From Candidatus Latescibacterota bacterium (GTDB taxonomy: Bacteria > Latescibacterota > CBDEFO01), in NCBI GenBank assembly GCA_965237525.1, contig CBDEFO010000008.1, positions 1,952,001 to 2,016,000 on the forward strand: a DNA stretch of 64,000 nucleotides, given 5' to 3'. The notes beneath the pieces were generated by a model. It made no database searches. It saw only the letters and a program-made list of their open reading frames with translations, and was not told where the DNA came from. The position numbers and the translations under genes are program-made. Below, in pieces: positions 19,982 to 29,926 of this stretch. How positions within the stretch are numbered: the stretch's first letter is position 1; the number at the start of each line of letters is the position of its first letter.

Positions 19982-21241
19982 ATGAGAATCACCGAAATCG
20001 AGCCTATTTCCCTGCATGTGCCCTACGAGGCACGCATTCGCAGGCAGTTTTACCATTTCAATATGAGTGAAGAGGTGACGGTCTACAAATTTCATACCGA
20101 TTCGGGCCTTATCGGCCTGGGGGAAAACATAGGAGCCCCTTACGGACAGGACCAGCTAAACGCCTATCTCGGCACGGATCCGTTCGATCATATATTGGGC
20201 CAGGGGTTTTTCAACCTCGACATGGCCTGCTATGATCTGATGGGCAAGCACCTGGACCTTCCGGCCTGGAAACTGATGGGCCAGCAGGTGCGGCAATGGG
20301 TGGTCATGGGATGGTGGATGCCATGTATGTCCCCTGAGGACAGCGCCGCCGAAGTTCAGGTGGCTGCAGAGCGCGGGTACCGCGGGCTCAAATGCAAGGC
20401 CAGGGCGTTCTACGATGTAGTCGAGCAATCTGAGGCGATTCAGGAGATTGCACCGCCTGACTTTCGTGTGGAGTACGATTTCAACGGTTCGTTAATGAAT
20501 GTGGAGAAGGCCCTGCCTATCCTGCGGAAATTGGAGAAGTTTCCGGTGGTCAAGGGCCTGGAAGAACCGATCTTCGCCCACGATGTCGAGGGTTGGCGCC
20601 GCCTCCACCGGGAGATACAGATCCCGTTCTACCTGCACGGTGTACATGTCGTTCTTGAGGGTCCTTCGCGCGCTCCTTCGGGACCCTGGATTGGACTCCG
20701 CGCGGGCGACTTCGAGGGCGCACTCTGCAGCCACGATTCGATCAAGGGCGCTCTTTCGGCTAGCTGGGTCTTTACTGCGGCGAACACCCCTATTCTGCTG
20801 CAGTATGTGGGCACCGGAATTACCACGGCATTTGCCTGCAATCTGGGAGCCGTAATGCCGATGGCCACCCTGCCGGCGGTGACGGCCAGTCACACCTATG
20901 AAGATGACCTGATCGTGGAGGCTCATACGGTCCAGCGGGGATTCATGAAGGTCCCTGGGGGACCGGGCCTGGGAGTGGAGTTAGATGAGGATGCGGTGAA
21001 GCGTTATTCGCAGACTTCCGCACCCGAATGGCCCCGGCATATCTCCGTCGTTACCCTGACCGGAGGGATAAAACACTACTACCGGAATTTGCAGCAGGCC
21101 GAAAATCTCATGAAGCTGGGGGTGGACGAATCCTACGCTCCAGGTGTCAGACTGGGCGAATGGGAGGATGACGGCAGCGATAAATTTGACAGTCTCTGGA
21201 AGCGCCTGCAAGAGAGCGATTGGCCAGTGTGGGAGGAGTAG
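19982..21241 (+). CDS. Mandelate racemase/muconate lactonizing enzyme family (enolase superfamily)
   Basis: GLIGLGE, LDMACYDLMGK, KCK, DFN, EEP, PGGPGLGVELDE. Confidence 0.9.
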   Translation: MRITEIEPISLHVPYEARIRRQFYHFNMSEEVTVYKFHTDSGLIGLGENIGAPYGQDQLNAYLGTDPFDHILGQGFFNLDMACYDLMGKHLDLPAWKLMGQQVRQWVVMGWWMPCMSPEDSAAEVQVAAERGYRGLKCKARAFYDVVEQSEAIQEIAPPDFRVEYDFNGSLMNVEKALPILRKLEKFPVVKGLEEPIFAHDVEGWRRLHREIQIPFYLHGVHVVLEGPSRAPSGPWIGLRAGDFEGALCSHDSIKGALSASWVFTAANTPILLQYVGTGITTAFACNLGAVMPMATLPAVTASHTYEDDLIVEAHTVQRGFMKVPGGPGLGVELDEDAVKRYSQTSAPEWPRHISVVTLTGGIKHYYRNLQQAENLMKLGVDESYAPGVRLGEWEDDGSDKFDSLWKRLQESDWPVWEE

Positions 21242-21554
21242 AGAGTGGAGAATGAAGAGCGTCTGTATCCTACCAGATGACATTGGGGTCGTTCTGGACG
21301 AACCTAACTCTGAGGATGTGACCGACGTCTACCGGGTAGTGGTCGAGGCCCAAATATGAGGAGTCATAAGCATTGAATGTCTACGTAATTAGCCGACACT
21401 GAAATGACGCTCCAACTAGCCGGAGCAACATTCAGTTTCGGTGACCTTACACTGTAAGAAGCCAAGTATAAGTGCTTCGGTATATCCCCGACCCTCGATA
21501 GAGTCATTCGGGGGTTCAATTGGGGACGAAGCATCACAGACAAAGGAGAGGATA

Positions 21555-22532
21555 ATGAACGTTCCGCCGACGGACGGGATGCGAGTTTCTGTACAGGACC
21601 TTCGCAAGCTGGTGGCGTCCATATACCGGGGAGTTCCCGTTCCCGAGGATCACGCCCAACTGATCGCCGATCTCCTGATCGACACGGAGCTGCGCGGCGT
21701 CGTCAGTCACGGGGTTGTGCAGGTCGAACGCTATGTGCGCGCCTTCCAGGAGGGTAAAGCCAATGCGCACCCCAACGTTCGGGTTCTGAAGGAAGGTCCT
21801 GTGACAGCGGCCCTGGATGGAGACGGCGGTCTCGGGATGATCGTCGCCACGAAGGCCATGCAGATGGCAATAGCTAAAGCCAAGAAGATGGGGGTCGGAG
21901 TCACTACAAGTACCTACCACGATCACCTTGGGAGTTCGGGAAAGTATATCCGGATGGCCCTGCGCGATGACCTGATCGGGATTAGCTTCTCGGGTAGGAA
22001 CGCATCGCCGAGCTACGACTACAACAGCACCATTCAAGGTTCGATACAGGGGAGTCCGCCGCTCGCCTTCGGCATGCCTTCCGGGCCCGATCAGCCGTAC
22101 TTCATGCTGGACCTGGGCAGTCACATGGAGTGGGATGAGGAGTGCTTCAAGAAGATGCCTCAGGTCTTCTTCAGGTGCATCGGGTTCTCGCACGTGGCCA
22201 ACATCATGAGCGGCACCCTTGGGGGTCAGATGCTTCCGGAGTTCAACCGCCAGAACGTCAAGTACACCGGCGCCAACCAATCCGGGTTCTTCATGGCCCT
22301 TGACATCGAGTGTTTCGTCTCGCTCCAGGCCTTCAAGGACGATATGAACCGTCTGATGGAAGAGACAAGCAAGATGAAGCCCTTTCCGGGCTATTCCGAA
22401 TCTAGCCTCCCCGGTGGACGCGCGTGGAAGAAGGAGAAAGAATATTTGCAGGATGGCATTCCCATCTCCGAGACCGCAGTTAAATCGTTGGAGAAATTGG
22501 CTCTTGAATTCGGCCTTCCTGTTCCCTGGTAG
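21555..22532 (+). CDS. Ldh_2 family (type-2 malate/L-lactate-like) oxidoreductase
   Basis: LRGVVSHGV, LDGDGGLG, PLAFGMP; ATG after ggagagg. Confidence 0.9.
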   Translation: MNVPPTDGMRVSVQDLRKLVASIYRGVPVPEDHAQLIADLLIDTELRGVVSHGVVQVERYVRAFQEGKANAHPNVRVLKEGPVTAALDGDGGLGMIVATKAMQMAIAKAKKMGVGVTTSTYHDHLGSSGKYIRMALRDDLIGISFSGRNASPSYDYNSTIQGSIQGSPPLAFGMPSGPDQPYFMLDLGSHMEWDEECFKKMPQVFFRCIGFSHVANIMSGTLGGQMLPEFNRQNVKYTGANQSGFFMALDIECFVSLQAFKDDMNRLMEETSKMKPFPGYSESSLPGGRAWKKEKEYLQDGIPISETAVKSLEKLALEFGLPVPW

Positions 22533-22863
22533 AGGGGGAGAAGCGCAGTAATTACGCTCGTACTTTGGAGATGAAGTACGTGTGGTAGGTGTGCACGGAT
22601 CGTGATCCCTGATCCCCGATTGCGTCTAGTGGGGAGGGATGTTTCGGGCGTTTTCTGTTTGTGCTGACTTTGAAAGGGTAAACGGTTCGAAGAAGAGCGG
22701 GATGCGAAGGTGCAGGTCCCCGTCTGGCCGACCTTGGGAGGGAATAAAGTTTCGGCGATAGGGAGGCCGGCCAAGGCAAGACAGCCGCACTGCCGAAGAT
22801 AAGATCTTTGCCTAATGTTTCTTGACAATTTGTGGCATCAAGTGCAAACCGTAGGTGATCTAT

Positions 22864-23688
22864 ATGACTGAAATAGAAAAGTACGAGTTCGACCGCCAAG
22901 GATATCTTATTATCAAAGATATGCTCAAGGAGCAGGAAGTAAAAAAACTGGCAGCAGCGGTTAATGAACTGGAAGACCATGCACTGCGGCACGTGGATCT
23001 GCCGCCGCGGAAGGTCAGCGCGTGGGGGCCTGAATACCATTTCAATGAGGAAAGGGGTTACTACGTTCGGGGGTCGAATAAGCAGGGCGAGACTCTGATG
23101 ATTGAGGATTTCTGGAATGCTGATCTGGCCTTTGATTTGCTGGTCAACGATGCATCGACAATGGCCTATATGCGGGCCATTATCCAGGGCCACAGCACCA
23201 TCAATAATTCGGAGATCCGTATACGCTATCCCGGCAACGCCTCCCGTACCCATCTGGGCGGACCGGTAGGTCCCAAGTACCGTTATGCGTTTAATGCCGA
23301 TGGTATTGACTGTATGATGGTACGTATGATTTATTTTGTGCATGATGTGAGCAATGAGCAGGGAGCCTTTTGTGTGGTCCCTGGCACTCATAAGAGCAAC
23401 TTTGTCTCGCCCTATGGCGATAACCCGGATGAGGAACCGGGCATGATCGGTCTGGAGGTGAAGGCTGGCGATGCGATCTTGTTTACGGAAAATCTTCGGC
23501 ACGGGAGATTGACCAACCGTTCCCCGCAGGTTCGTAAGACGCTGTATGTGGGATATGGTCCGGCCTGGATGATGTCGCAGAATATCGCTACGATGGATGA
23601 ACCGCAGTATTTGAAGGAAGAGACTCTGATGCGCTATGATGTGGATCAGCAGAATCTGTTCAGGGCCTGGCCCCTAGGAGCGGATTGA
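22864..23688 (+). CDS. Phytanoyl-CoA dioxygenase (PhyH) family protein
   Basis: FDRQGYLII, VVPGTHKSN, KAGDAILFTENLRHG, RKTL. Confidence 0.88.
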   Translation: MTEIEKYEFDRQGYLIIKDMLKEQEVKKLAAAVNELEDHALRHVDLPPRKVSAWGPEYHFNEERGYYVRGSNKQGETLMIEDFWNADLAFDLLVNDASTMAYMRAIIQGHSTINNSEIRIRYPGNASRTHLGGPVGPKYRYAFNADGIDCMMVRMIYFVHDVSNEQGAFCVVPGTHKSNFVSPYGDNPDEEPGMIGLEVKAGDAILFTENLRHGRLTNRSPQVRKTLYVGYGPAWMMSQNIATMDEPQYLKEETLMRYDVDQQNLFRAWPLGAD

Positions 23689-23849
23689 ATCAAAGATATG
23701 CATCATCTACATTAAAGAGTATAAGGGGAAGCCTGAGATTATTTTAAGCGATCCGAGCCAAATAGAGGTGTTGGAGTAACTAAGTGTCCACCATCTGAAT
23801 AATCTACCAGTGATCGGACATTTTATTGGTGAACAAGGAGGAATCATCC

Positions 23850-24074
23850 ATGACGTCCCATGCACAGGACTTGCAGATCGTACGGGAGCGACTGGAGAAG
23901 GTAGAGAGGCAATATCATAGGCTCAAGAGTATAGTAACTGTCGGTTTGGTTATCGCCGGCACGATCTTGGTGATGGGACAAACTCTACCTAAAAGTCGGA
24001 CTGTAGAGGCTGAAAGATTCTTTCTTCGTGGCAAGGATGGGAATAGACATGTTGGAGGGATAAGATGCTGTTGA
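23850..24074 (+). pseudogene. N-terminal fragment of a membrane-anchored hypothetical protein
   Basis: MTSHAQDLQIVRERLEKVERQ plus TM resembles the N-terminus of 61718-62683; ends abruptly. Confidence 0.5.
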
Positions 24075-25536
24075 TAAGTGGACAGGGTCCCGGTTATCCA
24101 AAGATCTGGCATGCAGCGGATATGCCGATCGAGGAGCGCTTGAAGCTCCACGTCAGAGGGCACTACGAACCCGTGCGACCTCTTGAAGCTGGAGAATATG
24201 TCACGATCACTTTTCACTTTGAAGTAGGCGAAGAGAAAATCGCCGGCGGGGGACGGCTCGGAATCGCTTGGCGTTGGCCCTTTGACTGGGGGGACCTGCA
24301 GTCGGAGGATCCGAAGGGAGACGGATATATGGCAGTCTCAACCGCCGCCTCAGAGGTAGACATAGAAGCGACGTATCATCGTAAGGGCGGCGTTGATCCA
24401 TGGCCTCACTATATCTCCTTGGAGGTGATTCGCGGGTATCTGGCGCGCGGCGACCGGGTGTGTCTGGTATGCGGCGATCGAACAGGGGGCAGTCGCGGGT
24501 GGCGGGCGCCTACCTTTATGACAAAGTCGGCGGGATTCCTTATGGTAATAGATCGGGACGGCAGCGGCCGGTGGGTCCGACCGCCAGATCCGCCGAGCTT
24601 TCCAGTCGTTTCGGCTCCCCCCGTGCGGCTGGTGGTCATCTGTCCCTCACACGCTGTCGTAGGAGAGGCTGTGGACGTCCTCGTCCGCGGCCTTGACCGC
24701 TGGGGAAATCCCACGTCTGTCTCCAAGGGCATACCACAGCTTAGCGCACAACAGCAGACCAGGTCAGATGAGAATGTAGTTTCAGTCCTGGGCGATGCGG
24801 CTGTCTCTTGCGACCCAGCAGTGTATCGGTTCAGGGTGCAGTTTAATAGGGCGGGCAGATACAGGCTTTTCGCTTCTGTGCCTGATACGGACCTGAGCGC
24901 GGAGAGTAATCCAGTTTGGGTGTACGCCCAACGACCATCACTTCGGCTCTTCTGGGGCGATCTCCATTCGGGACAGGCAGAGATCGGGTGCGGCGCAGGA
25001 ACGCTGGTGGAGCACTACACATACGCCCGCGATGTGGCTGGATTGCAATTTGTCACACATCAAGCCAACGACCACTACGTAACCCGCGACGACTGGCAGC
25101 GCGTACGCAAGGAGGCAACAGCGTTTAACGAGCCCGGACGGTTCGTAACCTTCTTGGGGTGCGAGTGGAGTCCGCCGACTGAGAACGGAGGCGACCGCAA
25201 CGTCATCTATCGGCGCGACGAACCAAAATTGAGGCGGTCGGGCCGCTACTTTAGGGAATCAGACCCAGATCCAGAGCCGGATATACCCACCGCCCCGGTT
25301 TCCACAAAGCCTTTGTGGGAGAAGACGTGCTCATCAACCTTCACGTGGGGGGTAGGCCCACCAATTTAGACTACTACGCCCCCGAAATCGAACGCTTGGC
25401 GGAGATCCACTCCACGCACGGCACATCGGAGTGGTTCGTGGTGGATGCGCTGGGGCGCGGGTACAAGGTGGGGATCACAGCGGGGACCGACGGGGTGATG
25501 ACTCGACCGGGAGCGTGCCATCCGGGATGGGGATAA
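24065..25536 (+). pseudogene. DUF3604/PHP-like protein, frameshifted (~25297) and 3'-truncated
   Basis: FWGDLHSG, YARDVAGL, GCEWS...GGDRNV; continues in another frame as HVGGRP...EIHSTHG...GTDG. Confidence 0.8.
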
Positions 25537-25690
25537 TGACTTGGCTGTTGCCAATGTGTCCACTAATAACGTATCAGTGTTGTTCAATAACGGAGGTGGG
25601 ACATTTGCAACTAAAGTGGACTACGACGTGGCGGTTGCTCCCCACTCAGTATTCAGCACAGACTTAGATGGAGATGGGAACACCATTTGA
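25526..25690 (+). pseudogene. Orphan single FG-GAP repeat unit
   Basis: DGDNDLAVANVSTNNVSVLFNNGGGTFATKVDYDVAVAPHSVFSTDLDGDG, nucleotide-similar to the units at 37880-38590. Confidence 0.85.
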
Positions 25691-25707
25691 TCCCCACAAC
25701 CTTTCTA

Positions 25708-25958
25708 GCCCTAATAATTAACAAAAAAAGGCCGTATATTAATTAAGGCATTGTACTATATTATAGTTATGCCGTTTAACCACCTTCGGTGTCATTGCGA
25801 GCCGGAGGCGAAGCAATCTCCATTCTGTGGTAGATGTAATTGTCTCCGGCTCTCATAGGAGATCACTATAAAACCTTGAGATTGCTTCCCCGATAGACTC
25901 AATCGGGGACCGCTTTGCTCCTCGCAATGACTCCACCAAGTTTATGAATTAATTGGGT
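25708..25958 (-). mobile_element. 251-bp MITE, copy 2 (inverted)
   Basis: Aligns end to end with the reverse complement of 12818-13068; flanked by cta|...|tag. Confidence 0.85.
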
Positions 25959-26027
25959 TAGGGGTATGCCCGACGCTGTGAGCGGGTCTTTCGTAAGGTT
26001 TCGGGACCATTCGGAGTCCGGATGCCC

Positions 26028-26870
26028 CTAAGGCGCTTCGACTTCTCCACTGTAGAGTCTATCGGCCACAACCCAATCTTCACAGTCGTCTTGGCACAGG
26101 ACAAAGACTTCCTCAAGCTGAGACAGATTCACACTTGGAACTATTTCGACTTTTCTAAAGAGGCCGCTCTTTCCGTCTCCAAGCTTGTTCACAACACCCA
26201 ATCTCAAGCCCTTTGGGAACACACCTCCCATTCCTGACGATACGACCACATCCCCTTTTTTAATATTACTCTTTAGAGGGACGTCAATGCGAAACGATTC
26301 TGTGCCTTCGGACTCCAGAAATCCGAAGATTCTCTCATCGTTCTGGACAACAGTGCTTACCACGCAATTCCTGTCAGATAAAAGCTGAACAACAGATGTT
26401 TTGGAATTGACGCCGAAGACCTTTCCTGCCAGCCCGCCTAAAGCCACGACCGGCATCTTTTCCCTTACTCCGTCATCGCTTCCGACATTGATTAAGATCG
26501 AGGTTACTATTCTGCTTCCCGATTTTGCGATGACCTCAGCGGGGAGATACCGAAAGCCGGGCCTCTGCTTAAAGCCCATCTGCCTTCGGAGCCTTTTATT
26601 TTCCAGTTCGGCTTCCCTGAGCCGCCAGGACTTAATTGACAGCTCCAGGTTCCAATCTCTCAGGAACTTGTTTTCTCTGGAAAGATCCGCCATCCTGGTA
26701 GCCCACGAAAACATTCTATTGCCAGAGCCGAGAACAGTTGTGGTCACCTCCCTGGCAAGATTTGCTCCTTTTCCACTATCCAATACCATCAGGATCAACG
26801 ACAGTGCAACTGCTGCTGCTAAGGCTATGTAGTTTTTGTTCAACGATAGGAATTCTGATAGGTTTAGCAT
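26028..26870 (-). CDS. mreC: Rod shape-determining protein MreC
   Basis: Coiled coil ENKRLRRQMGF, PAEVIA, GLAGKV, SSGMGGVFPKGL. Confidence 0.95.
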   Translation of the reverse strand: MLNLSEFLSLNKNYIALAAAVALSLILMVLDSGKGANLAREVTTTVLGSGNRMFSWATRMADLSRENKFLRDWNLELSIKSWRLREAELENKRLRRQMGFKQRPGFRYLPAEVIAKSGSRIVTSILINVGSDDGVREKMPVVALGGLAGKVFGVNSKTSVVQLLSDRNCVVSTVVQNDERIFGFLESEGTESFRIDVPLKSNIKKGDVVVSSGMGGVFPKGLRLGVVNKLGDGKSGLFRKVEIVPSVNLSQLEEVFVLCQDDCEDWVVADRLYSGEVEAP

Positions 26871-26938
26871 ACAATCCTTCTGGAAGGCCAAGGTACAGGC
26901 CAGGTCACCATATCTTAGCCTCAATCATCATCTTGCAT

Positions 26939-27958
26939 TTAAAAGAGTATATCCTGGTATGCGTTGATATTTTCGAGCACCTTTCCAGTCCCTCTGACGA
27001 CGCATGTGAGCGGGTCTTCCGCCACCATCACCGGAAGCTTTGTCTCCTCAATAAGTCGATCGGCTAGTCCCTTCAGAAGGGATCCTCCTCCCACCATATT
27101 GATCCCTCGATCGAGTATATCCGATGCCAATTCGGGAGGAGTCCTCTCCAGGGCTTGAAGCACAGCGTTCACTATATTGTTTGTGGTATCGCTTAGGGCT
27201 TCTCTCATCTCCTCGGAATGAACCGTGATAATTTTGGGGATTCCGCCCACCAGATCACGGCCCTTTACCGTAGCCTCGATCTCATCGTTCGTAGGATATG
27301 CCGATCCGATCAGGCACTTTATATTCTCCGCCGTTCTGGGTCCTATGTAGACGTTGTAATTTTTTCTGAGATACTGTATTATATCCTCATCCATCTCGTC
27401 CCCGGCGATCTTTATGGAGGAATTCATCACGATGCCCGATAGGGCCATGACAGCTATCTCGGTGGTTCCACCTCCTATGTCTATGACCATCGAACCTACC
27501 GCCTGCTCGACGGGGAGACCCATGCCGATAGCCGCCGATATCGGTTCTGTTATGAGATAGACCTCTCTTGCTCCTACGCGTTCGGCGGAATCTCTGACGG
27601 CTCTCTTCTCCACCTCCGTTATGCCCGATGGAACGCAGATGACTATCTTTGGACGCACCAGGAACCTGTTTTTCTGAACTTTCCGTATAAACGCGCGCAG
27701 CAGCAGCTCTGTCACTTCAAAGTCCGCCACTACGCCGTCTTTTAATGGACGTATCGCTTCTATTCTTTCGGGCGTACGGCCCTCCATCTCCTTTGCCTCC
27801 GAGCCGATAGCCACCAGTTTTCTGGTACTCGTTTCCAGGGCCGCTACCGAAGGCTCATCCACAACTATCCCCTTGCCTTTGACATAGATCAAGGTGTTTG
27901 CAGTTCCCAGATCTATGCCTATGTCGTTGAAAATCAGGTTTGACAGTGAAAATCGCAT
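26939..27958 (-). CDS. mreB: Rod shape-determining protein MreB
   Basis: IDLGTANT, RPLKDGVVADF, DIGGGTTE, TPPELASD. Confidence 0.98.
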   Translation of the reverse strand: MRFSLSNLIFNDIGIDLGTANTLIYVKGKGIVVDEPSVAALETSTRKLVAIGSEAKEMEGRTPERIEAIRPLKDGVVADFEVTELLLRAFIRKVQKNRFLVRPKIVICVPSGITEVEKRAVRDSAERVGAREVYLITEPISAAIGMGLPVEQAVGSMVIDIGGGTTEIAVMALSGIVMNSSIKIAGDEMDEDIIQYLRKNYNVYIGPRTAENIKCLIGSAYPTNDEIEATVKGRDLVGGIPKIITVHSEEMREALSDTTNNIVNAVLQALERTPPELASDILDRGINMVGGGSLLKGLADRLIEETKLPVMVAEDPLTCVVRGTGKVLENINAYQDILF

Positions 27959-27976
27959 TGTTTTTCCTCTTCTTTG

Positions 27977-28027
27977 TCCCCGATCCCCGCTCCCCGATTG
28001 AATCTATCGGGGAGCGGGGATCGGGGA
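27977..28027. repeat. Long hairpin built around the 21-bp palindrome; possible terminator or processing site between purH and mreB
   Basis: tccccgatccccgctccccgat-tgaatct-atcggggagcggggatcgggga. Confidence 0.8.
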
Positions 28028-29671
28028 TCAATGTAAAAAGTGCCTTGTCCCTGTAAAGACCATAGATACTCCCGCTTGTTCGCAGGCCTGGATGCACTCC
28101 TTGTCGTGGATAGAGCCTCCGGGCTGTACGATGTATCGGATGCCCTCTTTGGAGGCATACTCGACCGTATCCGGAAAGAAGAAGGAGTCTGATGCCATTA
28201 CTGTCTCTTTCATCTTATCCTCTATGTAATCTTCTATGTAATTTTCCAGGTTACCCGTTTTAGCCTCTTCCTCAAAGCGCGCCCGGAGATTCTCCTGTGC
28301 TTTTGTGGCCGCTAACTTTCTGAAAGAGTCAACGCGGTTGGGCTGTCCTGCCCCCATTCCGAGCACCTGAAAGCCACCGGGTCTGTATTCCTCGCATATG
28401 ACCATAGCGTTCGATTTGGTGTGCTTGACAGCCTTCAGGGCAAAGAGAGCCAACTCCTTCTTCTCTTCGGGAAAACCCTCCTCCGTGACGCATACAAACT
28501 TCTGGAAGAGTTCCACATCCGACCCCTGTTCTAATATCCCGCCAGTTATGTGTCTGTACGATTTGGGGCAAGGTTGGGCATCAGAAAGGGACGGGATATT
28601 CAGTAAAATCAGATTCTTCCTTCTGGATTTCAGAAGTTTCAGTGCTTCATCTTCATATCCCGGAGCGGCGATGATGTCTATGAATCTGCCCGCAAGGAAC
28701 TCCGCTGTGTCCAGATCCATAGCGCGGCTTACAGCTAAAATAGAACCGGCAGACAGGCTCATCCTATCTCCGTTCCAGGCGGCCTCCACAGCTTCTCTGA
28801 GAGCCTCTCCCGTTGCGTAACCGCAGGGATTTGTATGCTTGACGAAGGCGGCAGCTGGCTTATGCTTGAGTTCCTTTAGAGCCTCAAGCGCAGCGTCGGC
28901 GTCCATATAGTTGTTGTAGGACATCTCCTTGCCGTGCAGTTGGACTGCGTGGGCTATAGACGATTCCTCTGTAGTGTCATCTCTATAAAACGTTGCGCTT
29001 TGATGCCAGTTCTCTCCGTATCTTAATTGAACGCCTCCCGTGTATTTTAGCCTCAGGATCTTTTCTCCCCCAAGCTTTTCGCTCAGGTATCCCTCCACAG
29101 CAGCGTCGTAGTCGGCTGTGGTTCTGAAGGCCTTAACAGAGAGCATCTCTCTTGTGGAGTCGGAAAGTTCTCGTGTAGTCTTTAGTTCATCGAGTATAGC
29201 GCCATAGTCCTCAGCATCTGTGAGGACGCCCACGTGCCGGTAGTTCTTTGCCGCGCTCCGGATTAAGGTCGGCCCTCCGATGTCTATGTTCTCTATCGCA
29301 TCCTCCAGAGATGCCTCAGGCCTTAAGATAGTTTCCTCAAAGGGATACAGATTTACGACCACAAGGTCTATCATACCTATCCCCTGTTCCTCAGCTTCCC
29401 TCATATCCTGTGGATTATCCCGACGCGCTAAGATTCCGCCGTGCACCTTCGGATGTAGAGTCTTGACTCTTCCGTCCATCATCTCAGGAAAGCCGGTCAC
29501 GTGCGAGACAGATATGGCTTTGATCCCCGACTCCTCTAACAGTTTTGCTGTCCCTCCGGTGGAGACGATTTCAATTCCCAATTCGGAAAGGCCCCTTGCC
29601 AGTTCCACGATGCCCGTCTTATCGGATACGCTGATCAATGCGCGTGTTATATTTGTAAACGTTTCCTCCAA
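28028..29671 (-). CDS. purH: Bifunctional AICAR transformylase/IMP cyclohydrolase
   Basis: RALISVSDKTG, GRVKTLHP, IDIGGPT, LRYGEN.HQ, KHTNPCG, QPGGS, TGTRHFLH. Confidence 0.97.
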   Translation of the reverse strand: MEETFTNITRALISVSDKTGIVELARGLSELGIEIVSTGGTAKLLEESGIKAISVSHVTGFPEMMDGRVKTLHPKVHGGILARRDNPQDMREAEEQGIGMIDLVVVNLYPFEETILRPEASLEDAIENIDIGGPTLIRSAAKNYRHVGVLTDAEDYGAILDELKTTRELSDSTREMLSVKAFRTTADYDAAVEGYLSEKLGGEKILRLKYTGGVQLRYGENWHQSATFYRDDTTEESSIAHAVQLHGKEMSYNNYMDADAALEALKELKHKPAAAFVKHTNPCGYATGEALREAVEAAWNGDRMSLSAGSILAVSRAMDLDTAEFLAGRFIDIIAAPGYEDEALKLLKSRRKNLILLNIPSLSDAQPCPKSYRHITGGILEQGSDVELFQKFVCVTEEGFPEEKKELALFALKAVKHTKSNAMVICEEYRPGGFQVLGMGAGQPNRVDSFRKLAATKAQENLRARFEEEAKTGNLENYIEDYIEDKMKETVMASDSFFFPDTVEYASKEGIRYIVQPGGSIHDKECIQACEQAGVSMVFTGTRHFLH

Positions 29672-29728
29672 TCAGATTTCGTAGAAAATCTAGTCGTCAA
29701 AAGCCAGCAATAACCCAGGAATAATAGT

Positions 29729-29779
29729 GTAGGGGCTGCGTTAGGCAGCCCTTGGGGCGAGTGGACCTCGGGCCCCTAC
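29729..29779. repeat. GTAG-type REP-like doublet
   Basis: gtaggggc...gcccctac with an internal hairpin; related agggcagacacacgggtctgcccctaca at 32778-32804. Confidence 0.6.
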
Positions 29780-29926
29780 GAATACAGAACTACATATGTA
29801 CCTGACCCCTTCAGGGCTATTTTGACACCGCTTTCTGACCACTTTGAAGGTGGTAATTTCCACTTGACTTCGACCTTCTGAAATATGCTGTTATACGTCG
29901 TTTGGATACCCTACAACCGGATTAGC

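Noticed and set aside
22640..22830. Riboswitch or ncRNA upstream of the PhyH gene
   Set aside because: No recognisable conserved motif; would need an Infernal/Rfam scan.
22552..23502. 316-aa minus-strand ORF and similar long antisense ORFs (21534-22280, 39697-40392, 50146-51015)
   Set aside because: Antisense shadows of well-supported genes, with no recognisable motifs.
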